Shown in pieces: positions 51,815 through 64,000 of a stretch of 64,000 nucleotides of DNA (positions are counted from its first letter, which is position 1; the number at the start of each line of letters is the position of its first letter). Origin of the DNA: Octopus vulgaris (Eukaryota); the NCBI GenBank assembly GCA_951406725.2, contig OX597827.1, forward strand, positions 30,752,001 through 30,816,000, read 5' to 3'. The position numbers were made by a program, and so were the translations under genes. Under the pieces are notes generated by a model. It worked only from the letters and a program-made list of their open reading frames with translations. It did no database searches and was not told the origin of the DNA.

Positions 51815-53290
51815 AAATAGTTTGTAATTTATGCACAAGGCCAAGTATTTTGAGAGGAGGGGCAGTCAATAACGTCAACCACAGTACTTGACTGGTACTA
51901 TATTTCATTAATCCCTGGAAGGTGAAAGACAAAGGTGGTCTTCAAAAGATTTGAACTGAAAATATATATATATATATCATCATCATCATTTAACTTCTGT
52001 TGTCCATGCTGGCATGGGTTGGATGGTTTGACTGGAATGGCATGCTGGAAGGCTGCGCCATCTCTATCTATGTATCTCTCAGTCAGTCTGTCTGCCTATG
52101 TATGTGTATTTATGTGTGTGTGTGTGTGTGTGTGTGCATTGCATCATCATTTTATGTCTACTTTCCATGCTGGCATGGGTTAGGTGGATCATCATGTTCT
52201 GAATTATTTTCTACTGGGAGCAACTACTCTCACAGACTGATGTTTGTTCATGTTGTTTTTGTTTGGGTTCCATATCCTGATGCCCTTCCTGTCACAGAGT
52301 TTACTGGATACATTTTCTTGCAGCACCAGTCCTAGAGTGGCAGATAGGACTAAAAGCACCTCAAAACCCTACACTTTCTCTAAATGCTTGCCATCTACTT
52401 TGCAGTGTGCACTTGGTGGCACCAGCTCTAGGGAGGTTGTCAAATCTTTGGTAGACCAAGATTAAGAGACATCTCAACCTTTCTTTACCTCAGGTCACTC
52501 ACCAGTCATGATAATGAATGCACAGTGGGGGAGGGGCTGGGCTGGGCTTTCCATTATGGTACCAGCATTCAAAGTGGGTGCCTAACATTTATAGTAAAGA
52601 GAGTACTCAGTAAGGGAAGATAGACATACTGAAGACATATACTTTTGTTCAGGTATTGGAATCAAGGAGGTTAACAGCAGATGTAGGATGGTGGATACCC
52701 TTCCTCCTCCTTTTTCTTCTTCTAACATTCATCTTCCATGCTGGCGTGGGTTGGGCAGTTTGACAGGAATTGGCAAAGCTGGAGGGCAGCATCAGGCACC
52801 AGTCTTCTGTTCTGGTATGGTTTCTATGGCTGGATGCCCTTCCTAATGCTAACCATATAAAAAAAAAAGCACCCAGTACACTTTACAGAGTGTAGTGGGT
52901 GCTTTTTATTTATATGGTGCCAGCACAGGTGCTATTTCCATGGCTCAACACTGTTGACCAAATGTGGACACAGAGCCAACTCACTCACCCAAAAAATGAC
53001 ATCACTCACCAGTACCGATAGCGAAAGATAAATATTTAACCCTCTCCCCTTACACACCTTTACACAAGTCATGTTCTAAATATGTGTTAGTTCTATTGTC
53101 AGCCAATGTTTTAAGTTCAGAGTCTCTACTCCAAACCAAAAATTAATTAAACATTACTAAAGTTACAAGCACTTGCTTCTCTGGTCAGCTTTAGTTATTG
53201 TTTTTTTTTTAACACATGTAATCTACTAATAGCCTTTAGTGGAATCAGAAGGAATAGCATAAACAGAAGGATAGATAGAGGGAAACAGAT

Positions 53291-53337
<47 letters not shown>

Positions 53338-53598
53338 GAGAGAAAGAGAAGGAAACAAGTGTCAGGAAGTAAGTGTTGAAACATATTCTATATTATGAAT
53401 GCTTTTTCCTTAAGATCTCTGCTAGCAGCAGTCACAAATGGCAGCAGAGATGTGGGTAAGGTTGCAATCACAGCTTCGACAGTAACTAAATCCCTGTTGA
53501 TGGGAATGAAGAAATATGCGGAGGTGCATGAGAAGTGGTGGTGGTGGTGGTGGTGGTACAGGGAATGAAATCGAAGACGTATAAAATAAATGTGTTTG

Positions 53599-53638
<40 letters not shown>

Positions 53639-53804
53639 GAAAGAGAAAGAGAGAAAAGGGTGTGCGTTTGTATGTGTGATTGTGTGTATATATTTGGCTG
53701 TATGTATGTATGTGTGATTTGATTTATATGAAGAGAACAAATTAAGTATATTTGTGAATTTACATACACACACATATATATGCATATTGTGTGTATGTGT
53801 GTAT

Positions 53805-53836
<32 letters not shown>

Positions 53837-54275
53837 GTATATAAATATATATATATAGGTATCTATATGTATGTGTGTATGTACACACACTTGTACATGT
53901 GTATGTGTGTGTGCCCGTGTGTATGTGCATGCGTGTGATAAGGAAAATACGACTGAAAGCAGGAGTGTAAATGCATTAAAAAATCAGTGTGGAACAATAA
54001 ACAACATCAAGACAAAACAAAAAGAACTTAAAAAAAAGAAAGGAAAAAGAAAAGGTAAAAAAAATAGAATAGACAAGAAAAACTCCTCCAAAATCACACA
54101 CAAAAAAAACAGATGAAAAGAGAAATGTTGCTTATAATCTATGACCATGTGTTGCATATACATGCGCAGAATCACACTCACTCGTGTATACACATCTGCA
54201 CCCACATACACCCTTGGTCCTAACCCCCTCCACCTGAAGTGGCCTATCTCAATCAATGACCTCAATATTGTAATA

Positions 54276-54325
<50 letters not shown>

Positions 54326-54636
54326 AATAATAATGATAATAACGATAATAATGATGATAATGATGATAATGATAATAATGAGTCTGCATCACAAAAGGCT
54401 GAGAGTTTAGCCTGGGTTGCCATGTTTACCAAATCTGAAGTATCTCTCTCCCTCACTCTTTCTCTCTCTCTCTTTCTCATAAACATGTACATGTGTGTGT
54501 GTGTGTGTGTGTGTAGATAGATGGTTGGATGGATGGATAAATGTACATGTATATGCACACACACACTTGCACATGAGATATTCCTCTTTTCTTTCATTAT
54601 AATAAACAAACAACAAACAGCTTCTCTTCAGACAAT

Positions 54637-54675
<39 letters not shown>

Positions 54676-54821
54676 AACACACTCATATGTACACACACGC
54701 ACTCAAGTAAGCAAGCCAAGCCAAGCCAAGCCAGCCGACCAACCGACCAGCTAACAGGCAAGCTGAGTCAAAGATATTTTTTAGGAAAAAACTAAAATGG
54801 GAGAGAAAAATGGAAGATGAG

Positions 54822-54869
<48 letters not shown>

Positions 54870-55003
54870 GAAAGAAGATAGAAAGAAAGAGAAAGAGATA
54901 GCGAAGAACACAACTAAATGCTGTTAAAAGTGCAGCAGCTTTTTTTGGGGGTGAGGTGTATACGATCTACAAAACATCTAATACAAATGTATGACTCTAT
55001 GCA

Positions 55004-55090
<87 letters not shown>

Positions 55091-55251
55091 CAACTCTTGT
55101 TTTGTTGTTGCAGTTATCATCTATATGTATATTATAAATATTGTCATCGAAGCTGTTGTCATCATCATCATCATCACAGCAATAAACATTTTCGCTGTCG
55201 CTGTCGTTGTTATCAACATTCAGTATCAGCATATGCATTGGCCTACATGAA

Positions 55252-55298
<47 letters not shown>

Positions 55299-55359
55299 GT
55301 ATATACATGTATATATGTATATGTATATATACATACATTCATGCATACATATACATATA

Positions 55360-55457
<98 letters not shown>

Positions 55458-55779
55458 GTATGTATGTATGTGCATGGGTGTTTATGTGTGTGAGTGTGTG
55501 ATTACAACAGCAGAGAATTATTAAATAAGTGGTGTTATTGGGATGCAAAAATCAATAATTTGGTGCCAGTGACTAATATAAATGAAAGGTGATTGCAAAT
55601 GTATTTGAATCTGGCAAACAGTGGAGCTACTATTTAAAGAACATCTTTCTTGGGACACACATACATCCATGCATGCATGAATGCATGCATGGATGGCTGA
55701 CTGGCTGGCTGGCTGGATGGATGGATGGTTTGATGGATGGACCAGGCAAGAATTGCAGAAAAGAGAAGGGGGTGGAGTA

Positions 55780-55944
55780 TTAGGGGGACATCAAGAGGTA
55801 GGAAGAGGATGTAAAAAGGGTGAGTGATGATAGAGAGAGAAAGGGAGAGAAGGAGAAAAAGAGAGTGAGAAAGAAGGAGAAAAAGAGAGAGGGAAACAAA
55901 GAAATAATGTGACAGGAGAGAGAGAGAGAAAGAGAGAGAGAGAA

Positions 55945-56028
<84 letters not shown>

Positions 56029-56340
56029 ATGACAGAAAAGAGCAGAAGAGATGACAAAAAGAGATAAAGAGGTGAGAGGAAAGAGAGAGACGAATAAGAG
56101 AAAGAGAGATAAAGAAGGTGATTGGAGACAGAGCAGGGAGAAAGAGAAAGTAAAGGAGATGACAGGAGAGAGGGGGAGTGAGAGAGAAAGAAAAGGAAGA
56201 TGAAGAAATTGACACAAGACAGAGAGAGAGAGAGAATAAAGAAACGAGGGGACAAGAGAGAGAGGAAAGAGAAAAAGGAGATGACATGAGAGAAGTGAGA
56301 GAGAGGTAAGAGGAAAGAAAGACAAAAGGAGGAGAGCAGG
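55780..56340. repeat. Long purine-rich (GA) low-complexity tract
   Basis: About 560 bp that is almost entirely A/G on the + strand, with (GA)n runs. Confidence 0.95.
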
Positions 56341-56761
56341 CGAATGGAAGAAAGAGTGGATTCACAAAATTCACTCCAGTGTGTAGATCCAGCAGTTCAG
56401 AGAAGGTTTGCAATAGAAAAAATATGAATTAAAATGATCAAGCCATTTTCTTCTTAACTAAGATAATATGTGGAGGCAAAAACATGAGTATGTCTTTGCA
56501 AGTCAAGGAAAGCAACTGCACACACAAACGTATGCATGCTCACACAAACATACACAGATGATGCACACACACAGACTCACGTACGCATGTACAAACACAC
56601 ACACACATGTAAATGATGTTTACATGAAAGTTGTGAAAGAAAGTGGAAAAGGAGACAGGAAAGCACTTTTTTTTAAAAAAACACAGAGAATAGAAAAATT
56701 GGATTATACACAAGTAAGACAAGCTGGAAAATTTTGTGAAATATAAAAATATATATATATA

Positions 56762-57665
56762 CGAGGGATGTTCAATAAGTAATCCCCCTGACCCACTTGC
56801 AGTTGTTTGATCTAGCTGAAATTTTACATGTGCAATTATTTATATCTCTATAGATTAAGTGGCAAATTACAGCTCTGAACTAATTGTGGTTTCTGATTTA
56901 CAGGTGTTTGAACTGAGTCAAGTGTGAAATGGAGCCTGTTGAGTGTTGAGCAGTGATCCGGTTTTTGTATTTGAAAGGACGCACACTACGGGAGACTTTT
57001 GCTGAAATGAAAGTAACTTATGGTGATGATGCCCCATCATATGACCTTGTAAAACGCTGGCATCGTGAATTCAAACATGGTCGGAACTCTGTGGAAACAG
57101 CTCCCAGATCTGGTCGCCTCCTTTCTGCCATTGATGAGGCATCTGTCCGTCAAGTTGAGGCTGCCATTTTGGAAGATCGACGCATAACAATTCGCCAAAT
57201 AGCCCATCAGGTCAAGATTAGTACCGGGTCTGTGGAAACTATCATTCATGACCATTTGCATATGCAAAAGGTGTCTGCCAGATGGATTCCCAGGTTGCTC
57301 ACACCTTTCCAGAAGCAAGAATGTGTCGAGTGCTCGAGGATGAATTTGGAGATGTGCCAAGAAGATGAGTCAAAATTTCCCTACTCTCCTGACCTTGCAC
57401 CCTCTGATTTTCACCTCTACCCATCCATGAAGTTGTTTTTGAAAGGAAAGCGTTTCCCAGATGATGCAGCCTTGATTTCTGAAGTCACGTTGTGGTTGGA
57501 GGACCAAGCTGAGGTCTTCTACAAAAACGGTCTCCAGAGCTGCATCAAACGATGGGAGAAATACGTAACTCTGGGTGGTTCCTATGTAGAAAAAGACTGT
57601 GCTATGTTTCGTTGCTCTACTGCTATGGGAAGTGGGTCAGAGGCATTACTTATTGAACGCCCCTC

Positions 57666-57666
<1 letters not shown>
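56762..57666 (+). mobile_element. Mariner (Tc1/mariner) transposon, internally deleted
   Basis: 37-bp TIRs CGAGGGATGTTCAATAAGTAAT... / ...ATTACTTATTGAACGCCCCTCG, TA flanks, inserted in (TA)n. Confidence 0.96.
56929..57597 (+). pseudogene. Mariner transposase remnant (HTH domains and C-terminus, catalytic core deleted)
   Basis: ATG at 56929 with an early TGA (MEPVEC*). Motifs PRSGR, WIPRLL and PYSPDLAPSDF are present. The VTGDE and HDNA segments are missing at the junction near 57378. Confidence 0.92.
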
Positions 57667-57726
<60 letters not shown>

Positions 57727-57822
57727 CTTATATGTATAGGGTGAGAGCGAGAGAGAAATATTCCAATCTTCTCCTCCAGACTTAGGAAACCAGTTTACAG
57801 TAATGTATGTATATATATATAT

Positions 57823-57878
57823 ATGTATAAAGATATATATATATACATGTATAAAGATATATATATATACATGTATAA

Positions 57879-57922
<44 letters not shown>

Positions 57923-57925
57923 AAA
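57823..57925. repeat. 24-bp minisatellite (ATGTATAAAGATATATATATATAC)n
   Basis: Three to four tandem units built from a TA tract. Confidence 0.8.
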
Positions 57926-57929
57926 TATT

Positions 57930-57965
<36 letters not shown>

Positions 57966-57970
57966 TGTAT

Positions 57971-58007
<37 letters not shown>

Positions 58008-59230
58008 TACATATACACATACACGCACATCACACACACATGCATACACACACACGCACATAGTTTCAGATTCTATTCCATAGCATGACACTTTGGGCAT
58101 GCATTTTCTGATACAACCTCAGTCTGACAAAAGTCTTGCAAATGTTTTTGGTAACTGGAAACTGAATGAAACCCACTGTGTGTGTGTATGTATGTGTGTG
58201 TGTGTTGACTTTTTCCTTGTCTTGATATCATGTAATAGTTGTAAATGAGCATCACTATTATACAAGTAGCATTTGTTTCCAATCATCCATGAAAATATGT
58301 CTGGCCATATGGACATTATTATCTTACTTGGAAATAGGTGATGGCTGGCACACACACACACACACACACATATACACAATGGGATTCTTTCAGTTTCCCT
58401 CTACCAAGTCCACTCACAAAGCTTTTGTTGACCCAAGGCAACAGTAGAAGACACTTGCCCAAGGTGCCATACAGTGGAACTGAACCCAGAATCATGTGGT
58501 TGGGAAACAAGCTTCTTACCATGCAGCCATGTCTGCCATTGCATACACACATACACACACACACACACACACAAATGAACATGATAGGCTTCTTTCAGTT
58601 TCCATCTCTCAGTTTCCCTGGCAGAGTGTTGACCCAAAACAATATCATTAGCCAACAATGTTTATGGAGTTGAACCAAATCTCTATTTATGTGGTTCAAA
58701 AGCAAACTTAACTGTACAGTCTTGCCTGGGCCTATTAATCTTTATAAGGAAAAAGTGTGCAAGGATAGAGATATATAGAGAGAACATAAAGAATTCCAAA
58801 TTAGGGCACTCTTAGGGCTGACCCTTAAGGAAGGTGGATGTAGTCAAGTTACCCATCATTCAATTTAACATCACACTCTGGCCCTTGGATGCCTTTAGCA
58901 GGGGCCACTCTTTTGCAATCATTTACACTCCGATTTGAAAGTAACTTACTCCCTTGATGCGTTGCTTCTGACCACTTACTGCTACAGGGTTTTAGAGGGT
59001 ACATGTTGAAGAGATTATTCTGCAGATGCTTGCTGCCAAATAAAATAAAGTTCCAAATCACATGAGTACCATCTTGTCCCGAGAAGCTTCTCAGTTTTGT
59101 GGGTAGATCTACTTACAACCTTTTACAACCAGTTAAGTAACTTACAAGGGATCATACTAACCTACAGGGTTTCTAACCTGTCTTGGAAAACCTACAAAGA
59201 TTAAGGGTGTTGCACTTTTTTGAATAAATA

Positions 59231-59617
59231 GGCATAGGAGTGGCTGTGTGGTAAGTAGCTTGCTTACCAACCACATGGTTCCGGATTCAGTCCCACTGCG
59301 TGGCACCTTGGGAAAGTGTCTTCTACTATAGCCTCGGGCTGACCAACACCTTGTGAGTGGATTTGGTAGACGGAAACTGAAAGAAGCCCATCGTATATAT
59401 GTGTGTGTGTGTGTGTGTATGTCTGAGTTTCTCCTCCCAACATCGCTTGACAACCGATGCTGGTGTGTTTAGATCCACATAACCTAGTGGTTCAGCAAAA
59501 GATATCGATAGAATAAGTACTAGGCTTACAAAGAATAAGTCCTGGGGTTGATTTGCTTGACTAAAAGTGGTGCTCCAGCATGGCCACAGTCAAATGACTG
59601 AAACAAGTAAGAGTAAA
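59231..59617 (+). mobile_element. SINE family A, full-length reference copy (tRNA-derived, CORE-like)
   Basis: A-box-like TGGCTGTGTGG, B-box-like GGATTCAGTCCC, CORE-like GGCACCTTGGGAAAGTGTCTT, an internal (TA)(TG) microsatellite and the 3' end ATGACTGAAACAAGTAA. More than 15 related copies occur in the window. Confidence 0.9.
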
Positions 59618-59979
59618 TCATAAAAAAGAATAAAAAATTTATAATATCGTAATTACCCCTCTTCAGACACTAATTTTGATGTTGATGCTGTCCTTTTAGC
59701 TACAGGACAGCCTTCACTGAACTAACTTACAATCAAAAAGAATCCCCCAGCTGAGAACAAACTTTCATTTATGTATATCTCTAACTAAACTATCCTTCTT
59801 AGTATCCTTTCTTTCATAGGCTTGAGAACAGGAGATGCAAGGGGTGTAAGCATACCTGGTAAATTTTTGTAGGGTGAGGGTAATTGAACATCACCAAAAT
59901 AAATGAGTGTAGAAACATTTTTGGATTGATGTGAAACATTACTTTTCTATTATTGAATTCATCTAATAATAATAATAAT

Positions 59980-61203
59980 CATCATCATCATCATCGTTTA
60001 ACATCCGCTTTCAATGCTGGCATGGGTTGGACGGTTCAACTGGGGTCTGGGAAGCCAGAAGGCTGCACCAGGCCCAGTATGATCTGGCAGTGTTTCTATG
60101 GCTGGATGCCCTTCCTAACGCCAACCACTCCGTGAGTGTAGTGGGTGCTTTTTATATGCCACCGGCACAGGTGCCAGACGAGGCTGGCAAACGGCCACGA
60201 TGGGATGGTACTTTTACGTGCCACCAGCACGGATGCCAGTCGAGCGGCGCTGGCTACGGCCACGTTCGGATGGTTCTCTTATGTGCCACCGGCACTGGTA
60301 TCACAGCTACAAATTCCATTGATGTTGACAGATTACGATTTTGATTTTGATTTTCACTTGCCTCAACAGGTTTTCACAAGTGTCCCAAGAAGGAAAGGAA
60401 TGCATAAGTGGGCTGGCTACATCCCAGGTTAGGCCACGGGATTATGGCCTCACTTGTCCTGCCGGGTCTTCTCAAGCACAGCATACTTCCAAAGGTCTCT
60501 AGTCATTTCCTTGGCGAGACCTAAAGTTCAAAGGTCGTGCTTCACCACCTCGTCCCAGGTTTTCCTGGGTCTGCCTCTTCCACAGGTTCCCTCAACCGCT
60601 AGGGTGTGGCACTTTTTCACACAACTATCTTCATCCATTCTCGTCACATGACTATACCAGCGCAAACGTCTCTCTTGCACACCACAACTGATGCTTCTTA
60701 GGTCCAACTTTTCTCTCAAAGTACTTACACTCTGTCGAGTATGAACACTGACATTACACATCCATCGGAGCATACTGGCTTCATTTCTTGCAAGCTTATG
60801 CATATCCTCAGCAGTCACGGCCCATATTTCACTGCCATGTAGCATAGCTGTTCATACACATGCGTCATACAATCTGCCTTTTACTCTGAGCGAGAGGCCT
60901 TTTTCACCAGCAGAGGTAAGAGCTCTCTGAACTTTGCCCAGGCTATTCTTACTCAAGCAGTTACACTTTCGGTGCCCCCGCTGCTGACTTGGTCACCTAG
61001 GTAATGGAAGCTATCAACTATTTCTAGTTTTTCTCCCTGGAATATGGTGGAAGATGGTCTCTGCGTATTTTCAGTGTTTATTGCTCCCAAGCATCTGCCA
61101 CATACAAAAACTATCTTCCTAGTTAGCCTTCCTTTGACATTGCTGCACCTCTTATGTGTCCATAGCTTACACTTGGTGCACCTTATAGAGTTTCTACCTA
61201 CGC
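59980..61203 (-). mobile_element. 5'-truncated RTE LINE (same family as 10010-11686)
   Basis: The minus strand encodes GRNSIRCTKCKLWTHKRC...MLHGSEIW...RGRPRKTWDEVVKHDL, followed by the same 3'UTR and (GAT)n tail. Confidence 0.95.
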
Positions 61204-61230
61204 CTAATAATAATAATAATAATAATAATG

Positions 61231-61281
<51 letters not shown>

Positions 61282-62389
61282 ACTGTGTTTGTTCTGATAT
61301 TAAGGTTTGCAAAAAATCAACAATGTTTATATAAAGTTCTGGGCCTGGCTTTGCACCATCCAAGTGACTTTGTTTGGCAGACTTTCAGAATAGCTGTCAC
61401 TACCTCATAGGGAAATAGAAGGGTCTGGGGCTGGGGAGCAAAAATGTAAGAAATTGAGGGGAGGGGGGATTCTTTCATAGCTGTAATTCCTTTGTGTGAA
61501 ATACAGGAATATGAACCAAGTGCCAGAAAAAAAATCCCAGCCAATCCTTGTTCTTTTTTTTTCTCCAAGATGTAAAGTCTGCCAGCCCTTCATTTTTTAA
61601 GGATAGTCATGTGTGATTTGAGGAAAATTTGGCTGCTATTTCTGGTCTGTCAGGTCGTCAAAGAGAGACTCTTCCCCCACACACACCACTCTCATTCCAA
61701 CCCCAATCTCTATATTGTTAGCAAAGCTAATAATAATTATTTCAAAGTAGATGTAGTGCCAGACAACGAAACTTCACTATAGCCAAGTGAAAAAGTCATG
61801 TTAGGTAAAGATAGAATCGATATTAAAAGATAGGTCAGGTTTTGTAATAGCTGGAAGATATTTAGTCAATTCTAATAACAAAGAGATTTCTTTTGTGCAC
61901 AAAAGGTAAGGTGTATTGTGTTTGATTGCAAAACTTAAGTATTCATAGATGGCAAGTACTGAGAAAGGAATGAGCTGAGAGAGTTATGTTGACAGTGGAA
62001 TTCAAAACTGAAAAATAGGTCAAGTTTGTGAAAGCATCAGGGTCAATAGCAATTTTGGTTGCCCACAGTTGCAGCTAAGCTGAGCATGTTGGCCTGTTGG
62101 CCTGCCGGTTATAGAGACAATGGTTTACATCGATGGCATTGTGTTGTATTCTTAACAAACAACACTTCATTTGCTCAATGTCTCAGTCTAGCTGATTGGA
62201 AATAGAAAACCATATGGCAGTAGAGGTTACTAAGAGAGAGAAAGAGAAAGAGAGAGAGAGAAAGAGAGAGAGAAGGGGAGGGGTATATTTGATTTCTTTC
62301 AGCAAGTCAGGCACCTCAAATTTTTTCAGAAGAAAAGGTAAATCATTGACTAAATAAACCCAGGCTAACTACTGATACCCTTTTTTTTT

Positions 62390-62785
62390 TATTTTTATAC
62401 TTGTTTCAGTCATTAGAATGTGGCCATGCTGGGGCACTGCCTAGAAGAATTTTTAGTCAAATGAATTGACCCCAGCACTTGTTTTTTTAATTTTATTTTA
62501 AGACTGGTACCTATTCTATCAGTTTTTTGCTGAACCGCTAAATTACAGGGATGTAAACACCAACACCGGTTGGCAAATTGTGAGGGGGGACATACACAAA
62601 CACAAACACACACATACACATACACACAAAGGGCTTCTTTCAGTTTCCGCCTACCAAATCCATTCACAAGACTTTGGTGAGCCTGTGACTATAGCAGAAG
62701 ACGCTAGCCCAAGGTGTCACGCAGTGGGATTGAACCTGGAACCATGTGGTTGGGAAGCAAGCTTTTTACCACACAGCCATACCTG
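62390..62785 (-). mobile_element. SINE family A, full length
   Basis: Reverse complement matches 59231-59617. Confidence 0.85.
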
Positions 62786-64000
62786 AATCTGAAAGGAGCA
62801 AAAGTGAAATAAATACTAGATTTCAACCCAGAATATGAAGGTATAAAACTAGAGTTAAAACATTTATGTACAATACACTATTTCTTCTAACTTAATTATC
62901 AATAATTAATTATATATGTGGCTAGGTGGCAGAGGCGGTGGTTGTTGATTACTCTCATGTAGACTTAAAATGAGCAGATCCATGGGTACAGGTATTCCAG
63001 CCATGACCTCTCTGACTTTTTAGGAGTAATGCACAGCTACATTATCTCGTGCGTTTTATCATTATTTAAGATGCTAGGATACGATTTAAGAGAGATTTAG
63101 CTGATGTTTCTAGCAGGTTGAGCAACCATGTAGTACCTCCATCATACCATTCTCTCAAACTGACCAAGTGTTTTATAAGTTGGCAGTGCATAAGAAGTAT
63201 TCTCCTTAAATTCTCCTTAAACCTGCAAAGGAGAATGGTGTCCAAAGCAGGGTGGCATAAGGGGTGGGATGGTGGTGGAGTGAGGACAAACGGTATCTTA
63301 ATGCCACACACAAAAAAAAAATGGAAAGACTCCTCATACCCCCCCCCCCCACCGAAAACTAGGATATGCTCATCTAGCACACAGTGACCCTATCCAGTTG
63401 TATGGCAATGAAGAGAAACAGAAAGAAAAGAAGACATTCTCTATAATATTAAAATACTGGAACAGCAAGACCATGTAAAATAAACCAAACAACAATAATC
63501 TAATGAATAATTAATACAAGAAGCCAGCGCTGATAGACAAAGATATCCTGAAATTATTACATTTGCAGAGGACTTACTCTAGAGTTTTCTTGTTAGTCCA
63601 TTTTTTTTTTTGATCTTTTAGCACCTAAAACACCATGAAGCTTCAAGCTTTTATAATGGTGGATTTTAAGCGAAATCACACCTCACATTATGAATAATAA
63701 TTTGTATAGAGATATCTCATGAATGTATAAGAAAGTGACATATAAAGTGTATTTTACTAGACTTACATATTAAAATAAATAATTCACTTTGGTTTTTCTG
63801 CTGTACATTCTTGTTTGTACTGTCATGGAAAACCAAAAATAATTACTACAGATACTTGACAAATCTTACGAGAAGCAGACTGCTGTATGAAGAAAGCACA
63901 TTGATTGTGGGTAACTTGATCTGTTATAAATAGCATCTGAATTACCCTCATGCTTCATCCAAGCATCTTGCATTACGAGAAGACACATTGGACCAGACAG

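Noticed and set aside
55634-56413. 259-aa Leu/Ser/Phe-rich ORF
   Set aside because: It is the antisense reading of a purine-rich low-complexity tract, with no domain.
58801-58820. Two TTAGGG hexamers
   Set aside because: There are only two non-adjacent units, too few for an interstitial telomeric array.
59231-59305. tRNA-like sequences with A/B boxes at SINE heads
   Set aside because: They continue into SINE bodies and lack a full cloverleaf, so they are not tRNA genes.
63852-63910. Possible + strand exon (ctacag|...|gtaact)
   Set aside because: It has no polypyrimidine tract and no recognisable peptide.

Overview
This is AT-rich, microsatellite-saturated eukaryotic DNA. The repeat families and the dense (TA)n/(CA)n/(GATA)n/(AAT)n/(GAT)n tracts suggest an octopus or other coleoid cephalopod genome, which is an inference. 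I found no host protein-coding exon I can support, so the window looks intergenic or intronic. It is a mosaic of decayed mobile elements: two inverted copies of an RTE LINE whose reverse transcriptase carries an inserted PHD-type finger, a deleted Tx1/L1-like LINE, R4/Dong-like RLE LINE ends in (AAT)n, CR1 and RTE/BovB fragments, a Gypsy element with both LTRs, PBS, PPT and a 5-bp TSD, an internally deleted mariner, hAT/Tc2/piggyBac-type elements, and many copies of three tRNA-derived SINE families. The most distinctive signal is a ~430-bp near-perfect palindrome (29453-29885) whose arms each carry a Penelope-type minimal hammerhead ribozyme motif with a U3-A8 compensatory core. Most short ORFs in the supplied track are microsatellite artefacts.
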